Part shown: in pieces, positions 7,896 to 16,365 of the stretch
Position numbering within the stretch: position 1 is the stretch's first letter
Layout: every line of letters begins with the position of its first letter
DNA from: a virus
DNA: 47,516 bases
Virus record (IMG/VR): IMGVR_UViG_3300005607_000005
Location: 1 to 47,516 of that record
Reading direction: 5' to 3' (one strand)
The notes under the pieces: model-generated
Databases searched by the model: none
Seen by the model: the letters and a program-made list of their open reading frames with translations, nothing else
Told to the model about the DNA's origin: nothing
Position numbers and translations under genes: made by a program

Positions 7896-8213
7896 CTAAG
7901 CAGGGCGTCGGCCCGCCATGGCCGTCTCAATGCGTTGCAAGACCCCCAGGGCCTCGGCGTGCTTGGTGTCGATCTTGTCGAGGATGCGCTCGTGAATGGC
8001 CAGATTGGCCGTGCGTTCCGCCGTGAGTTCTTCGCGAAAGGCCTTGATGGAGTCGCGGTGCAACCAGAGCACCACGGCCAGCGCCACAAAACCGCCGCCC
8101 ATTTGGATGAGGCCGCTGTAAGGCCCCAACAAGTCGGTCGCCGGCGCCTGCTCGGCCAACAGACTCAGCACAGCGCAGGGCCAGCGCGTCATGAGCGACT
8201 CCGTAGGTGGCAA
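7896..8213 (-). CDS. Hypothetical membrane protein (possible holin-like)
   Basis: 105-aa ORF with hydrophobic segments (WPCAVLSLLAEQ, GGGFVALAVVLWL) followed by a charged helical tail. Confidence 0.45.
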   Translation of the reverse strand: MPPTESLMTRWPCAVLSLLAEQAPATDLLGPYSGLIQMGGGFVALAVVLWLHRDSIKAFREELTAERTANLAIHERILDKIDTKHAEALGVLQRIETAMAGRRPA

Positions 8214-8324
8214 GAAAGTGAACTCCGCGGGACGGGCATCCCTGTCGGGCGATTCCCTTCAAGGCAGGCTCGATTCTACCGAGGTCGGTTGCGCGCTAAC
8301 AAATCCCGAGTAGGTGGCTTATTA

Positions 8325-8927
8325 CTAGTCGCCAAGCAGGCTAATGGAAAACAGCGTGTTGAAATTGATGGCGGTCAGCGATCCGCCCGTATCCTGCAAG
8401 ACGCTCACCTGCACGATCTCGCCAGCAACCAGGCTCAGCATTCCTGAACACTGCTGAATCGTGGCATAGGTGGCGGGCAAAGGTTGCACATAACTGGTTG
8501 GATAAGGCCCAGGATTGATGTTGCTGGAGATGAAAATGCTTCGTCGTCCTGTACCGTTACCATCCCATTCTACCTGAGCGATGAGCAGATATTTCCCGTC
8601 CTGGGGGATGACAATGTTGGCCGAGGGAGCCGTGACAAAGCCCGAGGTATCGAAGGACTGAACAGACCACGTCAGTGGCGTCGAGGAGTTGTTGGGAATG
8701 GACTCATCGCCCGCGTAGTACGAAGCCCCGACGAAGGTGGACGTGTTGCCGCCGGAGGAGATATCGGGAGGTCCTTGCACCAAACCCACCGAGGATTGCA
8801 ACTGAGTGATAGCTCCAACCGGCAAGACGGCTCGTGCATAGGCTGCTTCTTCCTGGAGTCTTCGCAGCTCGCCTAGGCGGAAAGATTTGCCACGAGCGTC
8901 GAGGATGTGGAAGGGTTCGGGGGTCAT
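8325..8927 (-). CDS. Putative receptor-binding / tail fibre tip protein with a C1q/TNF-like C-terminal beta-sandwich
   Basis: 200-aa ORF. The C-terminal pattern DGKYLLIAQVEW...RRSIFISSN...GMLSLVAGEIVQVSVLQ...NTLFSISLLG resembles C1q-type domains. Assignment is by eye only. Confidence 0.45.
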   Translation of the reverse strand: MTPEPFHILDARGKSFRLGELRRLQEEAAYARAVLPVGAITQLQSSVGLVQGPPDISSGGNTSTFVGASYYAGDESIPNNSSTPLTWSVQSFDTSGFVTAPSANIVIPQDGKYLLIAQVEWDGNGTGRRSIFISSNINPGPYPTSYVQPLPATYATIQQCSGMLSLVAGEIVQVSVLQDTGGSLTAINFNTLFSISLLGD

Positions 8928-8999
8928 TTCGCTTGCTTCCTTCGGCCAGGCTGATTACGAGCAAGGAACTTTCATCCCTTTCACCAAGGAGTCCCTGTC

Positions 9000-9566
9000 G
9001 TGGAACGCCCTAACGCCATTGCCCTCGGAGTTCTCGCTATCTGCATCGTCGGTCTGGTCTTCGCTGGAATACTCGGGATGGTCTTCCTGGGCAGCAGCAA
9101 GGCTGAAGGCCGCACGCCGGACCATCCACAGCCGCTGCGACCACTTCCGGCCAAATCTCCTCGCCTTTCCACTCCTGTCGAGTCTGATGAAGACTCATCC
9201 TTCCGACCGTCATGGAAACAGGTGGCCAAGTTGCTAGCGGTCATCGCGGACGTGCTCGCTGCCAGTGCGGTTGCCGTGTGGGTGGCGCGGGACTCTTCCG
9301 ATCGTGGCCACGACGGGGCGCTTTGGGGCTTCGTCTTTTTTCTGCCGCATTCTTTCCTTGCTCTCTGGCCGCTCCTTGCCGGAGTCGCCGGCACGATGCT
9401 TATGACCGATCTCTACTTTCCGCTTCTTTTGTCGGGCTGGCTCACCTTACCTGTTTACCTGTTGTCACGCCGACGAGGGCTTCTGGTATCGTGCGGCACC
9501 TGCCCCAACCGCCACCTCGCCTACGTCCTTGTCTGCCCTCACTGCGGCCGGAAGGCCGATCACTGA
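9000..9566 (+). CDS. Multi-pass membrane protein with a C-terminal zinc ribbon; opposite-strand moron
   Basis: 188-aa ORF. GTG start is preceded by AAGGAG 8 nt upstream. Several hydrophobic helices, C-terminal CGTCPNRHLAYVLVCPHCG. It is the only plus-strand gene inside the minus-strand late region. Confidence 0.65.
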   Translation: MERPNAIALGVLAICIVGLVFAGILGMVFLGSSKAEGRTPDHPQPLRPLPAKSPRLSTPVESDEDSSFRPSWKQVAKLLAVIADVLAASAVAVWVARDSSDRGHDGALWGFVFFLPHSFLALWPLLAGVAGTMLMTDLYFPLLLSGWLTLPVYLLSRRRGLLVSCGTCPNRHLAYVLVCPHCGRKADH

Positions 9567-10663
9567 TAAACCACGGGATTCGGCGGCTTGAAGAGCTCGG
9601 CAAAGTCTGCGCTCTTATAGACGCGAGCGCCGCCGGCGGTGCCGCCATTGGTCACGAGGTAGTAATTGCCATCGCTGGCCACATAGTAATTCCAGCCATT
9701 GGGGCGGTAGAGAAAGCTATAGGTAATGTCCCAGTAGATGCGTCCCGTCGTGTGCCGGTAGCGCTGTCGCTTCACGGGAGCCTGACAGAGCAGGGTCTCG
9801 GCTGGATAGGTCGGCGCGCCGCGCGCGCCATCAAAAGGGTTGGCGTTGACCTTGCCAACGCAAGCCTTGATCGCGTCGATAGGCTCGTCGGGCACCTGAT
9901 ACCAGTGATAGAGCAGCTCCTCGGTATAGACGAACAGGAAAGCAGCACTAGCTGGTAGAGACTGACCAGCCTGAGGACCATCAACGTAGATGAGCCCACT
10001 GGAGGGCAGGGGCTGACCTTGAAGCGCGGCCCGCTTCTCGCGGTAGACATAGCGCTCCAGCTCGCCGGCGGTCAGGCTATCCAGATCGCCATCAGTGCGC
10101 ACCTCGTAGGGCCGGGGCCGGAACACCACATCGTACTCGGCGCAGCCGTCCGGTCCCCAGAGCGGCTTGTCGGAATACCAGGCCGGCCAGTCCACGAAGA
10201 GCGGCAAACCATTGGCTGCCTTCAACTGGTTGCCCTGGGCATCGTTGGGCACGATGCCGGCGTTGGCAAAAACGCCCTGCGGCTCGACCAGGTTGCACTC
10301 ACTGGCGTAGAGGTGCTCATAGCCCAGCTCGGGGCACTGGTAGGGAATCGTGCGCAGCAGGTGGTTGGTGCCGCCCAGACGGATCGTCGAACTAAAGCCC
10401 AGCATCTGGTCGACGAAACTCTTGCGCTGGCTCCACGGTGTGGCCATGCGCACGACCACTTCCTGGCTGCCATCGGGGCCAAAGCGCTCGCGGTAGTAGT
10501 TGCGGACTTCAAAGAACGGCAGGTTTTGCAGCTTGGCGCCGACCACGCCGATACCGCCGGCCTGAAAGGCCCCGGGGCGGCTGGCGGTGGTCAACTGGCT
10601 TTGGCCGATCCCACCGAAGGCTTCGTCGGCCGGCAGCCAGCCGCCGGCGACCAATTCGGACAT
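9560..10663 (-). CDS. Putative distal tail / baseplate-hub-position structural protein
   Basis: 367-aa ORF starting 2 nt after the tape measure stop. Function assigned from gene order only. Confidence 0.5.
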   Translation of the reverse strand: MSELVAGGWLPADEAFGGIGQSQLTTASRPGAFQAGGIGVVGAKLQNLPFFEVRNYYRERFGPDGSQEVVVRMATPWSQRKSFVDQMLGFSSTIRLGGTNHLLRTIPYQCPELGYEHLYASECNLVEPQGVFANAGIVPNDAQGNQLKAANGLPLFVDWPAWYSDKPLWGPDGCAEYDVVFRPRPYEVRTDGDLDSLTAGELERYVYREKRAALQGQPLPSSGLIYVDGPQAGQSLPASAAFLFVYTEELLYHWYQVPDEPIDAIKACVGKVNANPFDGARGAPTYPAETLLCQAPVKRQRYRHTTGRIYWDITYSFLYRPNGWNYYVASDGNYYLVTNGGTAGGARVYKSADFAELFKPPNPVVYQ

Positions 10664-10664
10664 G

Positions 10665-11816
10665 TTAGCTCCCTTTCTTGACGACGGGGGGCGAGCTGTC
10701 GAGGATCTGGTTGGTCTTCTGCTGTTCGGCCAGTTGTCGCTCGGACAACTCGATCTGCCGATCCGTGCCGGTCTTGCCGAAACTGACCTGGATGGCCGCT
10801 TGCTGCACCTGGTTGTAGATCTCGCCGACCCCCGTCAATCCGCCAACGCGCCGAGCCAGGCTGCCGCGGCGGGACTTCTTCTTTTCCTTGGGCTCGATGC
10901 CCAGCAGGCTTTTGACTCCCTCGGAGATGAACTTGATGGCTTCGGCCAGGAGCTTGAAGGGCAACAGCACGGTGTTGATGATGACTTTCGCCAGGAAGGC
11001 CAGCAGCTTGATGAAGGGCTCCAGGATCGCCATGAGGCCCTGGAGCAGATCGCCCAGCACGCTGAAGACGGGTGCCAGGATGTCACCGATGGCCTTGCCG
11101 ATGGCGAGGACCACATCAGCGATGGGCTTGAAGGCCTCCCAGAGCGAGGCGAGCACGCCGCGTCCGGTCTCTGTTCCCACGAAGAGAAGAGTCAGCCCCT
11201 CGAGCAACAGACCGAGTAGCGGCAAGAGCGCCCCAATGCCCGTGGCCGAGAGCCCCGAGCGGATAGCGACCGTGAGGGCCTGGACGCTGGCGATGACCGC
11301 CTGCGTGGCCGCGATGACCTTGGGGAAAATCGTGGCCACGGCCAGGGCGGCGGCAGCGCCCTCGATCCAGTAGGCCAGGGATTGTTTCTGCGCGTCGGAG
11401 AGGGAATTGAGCCAGTCGGTGAACTGCGCCACCAACCCGATGACCTTCTGAATCTCCGGTCCGAAGACGCCGGCCACGGCCAGGGATAACCGCTCCATCT
11501 GAAACGCCAGGCTGGCCCCCATCGCCGAGGCCGCTAGGCCCGCCGTCACCAAACCGCCGATGGTGCCCGTGGCCAGTTTCAGGCCGGAGTTAATGAGATT
11601 GGCCAGGCCCTGGAAAGCCGTCGTCAACGGCGCCAACGCGGCCGTCGTAGTCTTGGCCGCCGTGACCATGTCGTTGAATTTATCGGCAACGAGCGTCCCC
11701 AGGGCATTGACGGAAGACTGCAACTCGCGGAGTTGATCCTCGATGCCGCGCACGGCGGTCTTGACCGCCTCGGCGTTGGCCACGCTGAACTGGATCAGGA
11801 GGTCTGCGAGCTTCAT
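10665..11816 (-). CDS. Tail tape measure protein (short)
   Basis: ORF frame 10665-11897, trimmed to ATG at 11816 (MKLADLLIQF...). Long alpha-helical Ala/Leu/Gly-rich sequence with hydrophobic stretches. Positioned right after the G/GT chaperone pair. Confidence 0.7.
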   Translation of the reverse strand: MKLADLLIQFSVANAEAVKTAVRGIEDQLRELQSSVNALGTLVADKFNDMVTAAKTTTAALAPLTTAFQGLANLINSGLKLATGTIGGLVTAGLAASAMGASLAFQMERLSLAVAGVFGPEIQKVIGLVAQFTDWLNSLSDAQKQSLAYWIEGAAAALAVATIFPKVIAATQAVIASVQALTVAIRSGLSATGIGALLPLLGLLLEGLTLLFVGTETGRGVLASLWEAFKPIADVVLAIGKAIGDILAPVFSVLGDLLQGLMAILEPFIKLLAFLAKVIINTVLLPFKLLAEAIKFISEGVKSLLGIEPKEKKKSRRGSLARRVGGLTGVGEIYNQVQQAAIQVSFGKTGTDRQIELSERQLAEQQKTNQILDSSPPVVKKGS

Positions 11817-11817
11817 G

Positions 11818-12093
11818 TTACCAACCCCTGGCCTCTTGCAGTTTCTGGGCTGGAGAAAGCGCCCGCCAGCGCTCGGCCCGCTGGATGACTTCCTCATGCG
11901 ACATCACGGGGGCACCGCCTGGCGGCCGTGGCTTCTCCAGGTCGTCGTCGAGAACCAACAGTAACTCCGGTAGCGTCAGCGCCCGGATTTCCTGAGGTCG
12001 CAGTTTCATCGAGCCGTGCATGGCTCGGCGATAGATGTCGTACCATTCCAGGCGCCCCGGTGCCGCTACAGCACCGGGGGACGCACGTTTTTT
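11818..12093 (-). CDS. Tail assembly chaperone, -1 frame extension (gpT-like part of a G-T fusion)
   Basis: The frame of ORF 11818-12021 stays open upstream to 12102. It is entered from the G frame by a -1 slip at A_AAA_AAC (12087-12093), giving ...EPPAKKRASPGAVAAPGRLEWYDIYRRAMHGS.... Confidence 0.7.
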   Translation of the reverse strand, partial: KKRASPGAVAAPGRLEWYDIYRRAMHGSMKLRPQEIRALTLPELLLVLDDDLEKPRPPGGAPVMSHEEVIQRAERWRALSPAQKLQEARGW

Positions 12094-12500
12094 GCCGGCG
12101 GCTCACCGGCGCCCTTGTCGAGCAACTCTTGAGCTTCCTCAAAGCCCAACGCCAGAAAGACCTCGAAGGCTTCCGACGGCGTGATGGTGGGCTGGCGCTC
12201 CTTCAGGAGCAAATAGAAGAGCTGCGCCGCTCCTTCGGGGGTCTTCAGCCACTTCTGGGCGACAGCCGAATCGAGAGTGAAGGCTTGCAATTCGTCGCGC
12301 TTCTGGCGGGCTTCCTTGAAGAGCACCTCCCACTCTTCGCGGGGTAGCTTGTCGAGGTAGCGATCGGCTAGTTCGAAGGGGTCACCTTCCTTGTCGCGGA
12401 CCCAGGCCGCGAACTGCTCGACCAGGCCGATCGTCACGCGGCCGAAGGTGTAGGATGTCCCGTCAATGACCTTGGTGGTCTCTTGGCCAAGTTTCAGCAC
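12066..12500 (-). CDS. Tail assembly chaperone (gpG-like)
   Basis: 144-aa ORF between the major tail protein and the tape measure. Carries the slippery heptamer 7 codons before its TAG stop. Confidence 0.75.
   Translation of the reverse strand: MLKLGQETTKVIDGTSYTFGRVTIGLVEQFAAWVRDKEGDPFELADRYLDKLPREEWEVLFKEARQKRDELQAFTLDSAVAQKWLKTPEGAAQLFYLLLKERQPTITPSEAFEVFLALGFEEAQELLDKGAGEPPAKNVRPPVL
12087..12093 (-). promoter_or_regulatory. Programmed -1 ribosomal frameshift slippery heptamer A_AAA_AAC
   Basis: Plus strand gtttttt. On the minus strand the zero frame reads GCA AAA AAC, which fits the X_XXY_YYZ rule. The -1 frame continues into the downstream ORF. Confidence 0.7.
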
Positions 12501-12521
12501 AACGCAGCCTTTCCGGGCGAC

Positions 12522-12932
12522 CTAGAAGGCTGGGTAGACGATGAACCCAGCCAGCGAATTGACTTGCACGTCGAAGGAGTATTTGACCTCGCTCTCGACG
12601 TTGCTTTCGTAGTGAACCTTGCTGATGATCGTGGGAATCTGGATGGCCTTGACCGGGCTGAGGAAGAACAGGCAAATCCCCTTGACGCCGGGTACGATCT
12701 GCGGCACACCGAAGGGCAAGAGGTCCAGGTCCACGTCGGCGTTGATGGTGCCCTTGACATCGAGCAGGCCATTGATGCGCGCGCGCACGCCGCCGGAGCC
12801 GGTGGAGGTCACGTCGAAGATGAGGCACTCGAAATCGAGGGTGTAGCCCTTGATGTTCAAGGTGATCGGGACAGCGCCAGCCGGCTGGACGGTGACAGGA
12901 CAGAAGTCCCCTCGTTGGTAATTGAAGGCCAC
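12522..12932 (-). CDS. Major tail (tube) protein
   Basis: 136-aa beta-rich ORF immediately upstream of the chaperone pair and tape measure (conserved siphovirus order). Confidence 0.6.
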   Translation of the reverse strand: MAFNYQRGDFCPVTVQPAGAVPITLNIKGYTLDFECLIFDVTSTGSGGVRARINGLLDVKGTINADVDLDLLPFGVPQIVPGVKGICLFFLSPVKAIQIPTIISKVHYESNVESEVKYSFDVQVNSLAGFIVYPAF

Positions 12933-12948
12933 GGGCGACCCCTTTCAC

Positions 12949-13164
12949 TCACTTCTTGCGGTAGCGGAGCAGCTGGCCGCAGGTGCGGCAGAGATGGCGG
13001 CCCTCGCCGGAAAGCGCCGCGACGGTATGACAGCGTGGACAGGCCGCTACGAGGATCTCCTGGCCGGCCTGCTGGCGGGGCTCGGAGAGGACCTCGAGCG
13101 CGTCCATCTGCTGGTAGTGCTCCACGGCCTTCTGCCACTGTTCGCTCAATGACTGCGGGTCCAT
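12949..13164 (-). CDS. Small zinc-ribbon protein
   Basis: 71-aa ORF with CPRCH...CRTCG. Confidence 0.5.
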   Translation of the reverse strand: MDPQSLSEQWQKAVEHYQQMDALEVLSEPRQQAGQEILVAACPRCHTVAALSGEGRHLCRTCGQLLRYRKK

Positions 13165-13236
13165 GTCTGCCCCGTGGAAATAGCAAGGCGCCCGGCCGGT
13201 CCTTGGAACCCCAGCCGGGCGCGGCTCTCCCTTGCG

Positions 13237-14472
13237 TCAGCCGTTGAGCGTAGTCGATCCTGTTGCGCGCGGACTACGGATGTCTTCCTTCCAGTTCGCG
13301 AGCGGTGTCGCTTGATCGAAAAGTGTTACGGTGCCCTGGTCGTTGCTGAGGTAGCAGTTGCCCTCGTCACGCACGGAGGCGATGCTGCCCCCCTGGGGCA
13401 GCCGCAGCGCGGAACCGGTCCAGGTGCCCACGCAGTGGTAGCTGTTGTTGCAGTGCTCGACGCGCTGAGCTCCATAGCGCACGGCAACCAGGGGCTGCAC
13501 ATCATTGATGGCCTCGAAGCGATTGCCGCGAATCGTCAGGGGGCCTTCGTGGTCAAAATCCAGGGTGTACTGCCCGGGCTCCGCGATAAAGGCAAAGCGG
13601 CAGCCCGTTATTTCGACCGGCGCCACCGGGCCATGCCCGTTGACCCAGGTTTGCACGGCCCGTCGCAGCATCTCGCCATTGCAGCGGTTGACCGTGCAGA
13701 CGCCCGGCATGAAATCATCGAGGCGCACGGCCGTCTCCATGCCGTTGAAGGTGCATTGTTCACAGTGGACGTAGCAGCCGTACTGGCACCAGACGCCATA
13801 GGTGTTGTCGGGAGAGAGGGCCTGGCAGGTTGTGCGCAGCAAGCGCAGGAAATGCGCCTGGCTGCTACCCGCCACCTTCAGCCCTGTGGTCCGAAATTGC
13901 CCAAAGAAACAATCCTCCCAGACATGGCTGTCGTTGTTGGCGTCGCCACCACTGCCGCCGGCAACCACGCAGCTGCTATCAAAACCCTCGATACGGATGC
14001 CCTGGAAGCGGTTGAGCGTGCTGACGATGCCACCAAAATTACCGGCGGTCGTTGTCAGCAACAGACCACTGGCACCCGGCGCCGTCTCATGAATCGTGAA
14101 GTGCTCGAAGCTGCATTCCTGGTTCTGGGGCAGCACGAGCGCCGCGGAGGCAGCCGGTCCATTCCAGAGCAATCGTGTCCGCGCGCCCGAGCCCACCAGG
14201 CGTAAACCCATTCCTGGCGGCACGGTGAGCTGTTGATCGAGATAATAATCGCCCGCATCCACAAAGATCGTTTTGCCTCGGTAGTTTTCATCCAGGGCGA
14301 CGTGGAGACACTGCTGGATGGCGCAGCGATCCAGGGATTCGGAGAGGGACTGAGCAAAGGGAAAGACCCTCTGAGCCGCTGCCAGGGTCTTGAAGCGCGA
14401 GGACAGCGCGTGCAGCTGGCCATCCGCCACCGCCCCGAACTGCTGGGGTGTCAGCACATTAATCGCAGACAT
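13237..14472 (-). CDS. Tailspike-like polysaccharide depolymerase (pectate-lyase superfamily, right-handed beta-helix)
   Basis: 411-aa ORF. The N-terminal INVLTPQQFGAVADGQ is the typical pectate_lyase_3 / tailspike opening motif. It is followed by periodic beta-helix-like repeats rich in G/N/C. Confidence 0.7.
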   Translation of the reverse strand: MSAINVLTPQQFGAVADGQLHALSSRFKTLAAAQRVFPFAQSLSESLDRCAIQQCLHVALDENYRGKTIFVDAGDYYLDQQLTVPPGMGLRLVGSGARTRLLWNGPAASAALVLPQNQECSFEHFTIHETAPGASGLLLTTTAGNFGGIVSTLNRFQGIRIEGFDSSCVVAGGSGGDANNDSHVWEDCFFGQFRTTGLKVAGSSQAHFLRLLRTTCQALSPDNTYGVWCQYGCYVHCEQCTFNGMETAVRLDDFMPGVCTVNRCNGEMLRRAVQTWVNGHGPVAPVEITGCRFAFIAEPGQYTLDFDHEGPLTIRGNRFEAINDVQPLVAVRYGAQRVEHCNNSYHCVGTWTGSALRLPQGGSIASVRDEGNCYLSNDQGTVTLFDQATPLANWKEDIRSPRATGSTTLNG

Positions 14473-14481
14473 AAACCCTCC

Positions 14482-16362
14482 TTATGCCGAGGTGACGACC
14501 CGCCAAGTCGTACCATCGTAAAAATCCAATTTGCCCGTTGTGGAGTTGTAAATCAGCAGGCCGGCGCGCGGGCTGGCTATATTATCACGCTGGGTTGTGG
14601 TCAGCGCATTGAGCCCCAATCCTACTGTGGTGGCTTGCAGATCCAGCGCACAGGAGGCGTCAGGCACCAAGGACGAGCCGATACCGAAGTTGCCCGCCTG
14701 CGTGAAGGCGGCCATGACGCTATCGGCATCGTTCGTCACGAAGTAGGTGCCGTTGCTGATCATGCCGATACGGCCCTTGTGGCCGCTCGTCTCGTACACG
14801 ATACATGGCTGGTCTGTCCCCGCAACACCGAGACGAACGCTGTTGTAACCCTTCAGTGCGGCGGCAATGGTCCGCGTGATCGTCACGCCTTCGATAGAAA
14901 CATTCTTGGTCATGCCAACGCCGAAGTCGCCTGCCGCGAAGCGGTCGGAGCCGACTACTTTCCAGTCGGTCGAGACACCACCCTCCGTAGCCAGTTGGAT
15001 CGCGTTATCATCGGCCGTCAGCGACAGGAGCGACTGGCCGTCGATGGTGCCACCGCCCTGCACGGTAAGGTCGCACTTGTTGCTGCCCTGGACCTTGATG
15101 GTCACCAAGGACCCGGCCGGCAAGCCGAAGGCTGGGTACAAACCAATGTTCGCGGCACCGCCCGAAGTGTCCGCGATGATGAAACGGTCGGACACCAAGA
15201 GGTTGTCCGAGCCCGTGATGGTGCGGCCCGTGGCGACGACAACCTCACCAGAAGTCTGCGGCAGCGTGATGGTATAGGTGAGGGCAGACGCCACGTACTT
15301 GTTGAAGCGTAGCTGAGCGTTGCTGTCGTCCAGGATCTCCCAATAGGTGCTGTCACCGCTGACGCTAAAGAAGCGTAGCCGAGTGGTGGCGCTGCTGCCG
15401 GCAACCATCGTGAGGGAGCCACCAACGTAGATGTGGGGGTTGTTGATATCGGAGAGGTCGGCGCGGATCTTGCCTTGCGCGTCGTTGCCGGGCGATGACA
15501 CGATGCCGCCGGCTAGCTGGACTTCGATGTTGGCATTCGCCACATGGGGATAGATGCCGGCATTGAAGACGGTATTAGAGCCGATGGTGCCAGGGATGTT
15601 ACCCCAGGTGATGCAGGCATGAGCGTTGTTGGGGTCCAGCTGGATGCCGGCCTCGGTGTTGCCATAGATGTGGACGCCGACATCGCCATTGAAGACCTGC
15701 ATCACGGACCAGGTATTCGTATGGCTGGTAGCAATGGCTGTCACGACGGCCCCAGTCGTTGGGCTGACCGTGAGGGAGCCATCGCTGTTGCTAATCGACG
15801 TGACACCGCCCGCACCTGCTGGTCCAGGTGGGCCTGGAGGACCTGGCGGTCCAGGTGGGCCCGGGATACCCGCCTGCACGAGGATAGCATTCTGAGCTGC
15901 AGGGCCGGTCGGCGAGAAGCCATCGACGCGCACTGACCAGACCTTGAAAGAAGTCGAACCACGCCACACGTCAAAGCCGTCCTTGGTCGTCTCATCCTGA
16001 ACAAGCGCGCCATCGCCCAGGGGCCACATCTGAATGAAGCGGTCGCCCGAAGGATAGGTCAACAGGGAATTGATGTTGAAGACTTTCAGCACTGCCTCGA
16101 GCGCAGCCACCACATCCGCCTTGACACCCCAGACCGTCACAGTCAGCTTGCGGAAATCGTGGCGCACGCCCCCGGTCAGGCGTTCATTGGGAATAGGACC
16201 TTGCTCGCAAGCCAGGTGCGCATAGGGGAAGGGGTGGGCCCCTTTCAGCCGGCCCGCCTGGGGCGGCTCTTTCACCAGCGCGGGCAAACCGGCCGAGTCG
16301 GCCAGCCAGAGATTCCGAGCCGCTTCCAACGTATCTTCATCAACACAGACCGTGCTCGCCAT
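14482..16362 (-). CDS. Tail fibre protein with a collagen-like (GPP)n stretch
   Basis: 626-aa ORF. GIPGPPGPPGPPGPPGPAGAGG, then long beta-rich repeats, then the C-terminal motif LNALTTTQRDNIASPRAGLLIYNSTTGKLDFYDGTTWRVV seen at fibre tips. The N-terminal ~150 aa look like a separate neck/tail-completion-type domain. Confidence 0.75.
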   Translation of the reverse strand: MASTVCVDEDTLEAARNLWLADSAGLPALVKEPPQAGRLKGAHPFPYAHLACEQGPIPNERLTGGVRHDFRKLTVTVWGVKADVVAALEAVLKVFNINSLLTYPSGDRFIQMWPLGDGALVQDETTKDGFDVWRGSTSFKVWSVRVDGFSPTGPAAQNAILVQAGIPGPPGPPGPPGPPGPAGAGGVTSISNSDGSLTVSPTTGAVVTAIATSHTNTWSVMQVFNGDVGVHIYGNTEAGIQLDPNNAHACITWGNIPGTIGSNTVFNAGIYPHVANANIEVQLAGGIVSSPGNDAQGKIRADLSDINNPHIYVGGSLTMVAGSSATTRLRFFSVSGDSTYWEILDDSNAQLRFNKYVASALTYTITLPQTSGEVVVATGRTITGSDNLLVSDRFIIADTSGGAANIGLYPAFGLPAGSLVTIKVQGSNKCDLTVQGGGTIDGQSLLSLTADDNAIQLATEGGVSTDWKVVGSDRFAAGDFGVGMTKNVSIEGVTITRTIAAALKGYNSVRLGVAGTDQPCIVYETSGHKGRIGMISNGTYFVTNDADSVMAAFTQAGNFGIGSSLVPDASCALDLQATTVGLGLNALTTTQRDNIASPRAGLLIYNSTTGKLDFYDGTTWRVVTSA

Positions 16363-16365
16363 TGC

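Noticed and set aside
7511-8089. A 192-aa minus-strand ORF spanning the protease start and the neighbouring small genes.
   Set aside because: It is out of frame with the protease gene, whose motifs are clear, and overlaps two better-supported ORFs. Its composition is Arg/Pro/Gly-rich.
13174-15312. Long plus-strand ORFs antisense to structural genes. These include 13174-14205 and 14233-15312, and similarly 32807-34027, 26015-26791, 22628-23512 and 37123-38043.
   Set aside because: They are typical stop-poor shadow frames of GC-rich DNA. They have no start context, Arg/Gly/Ala-rich composition, and each is fully overlapped by a minus-strand gene with recognisable motifs.
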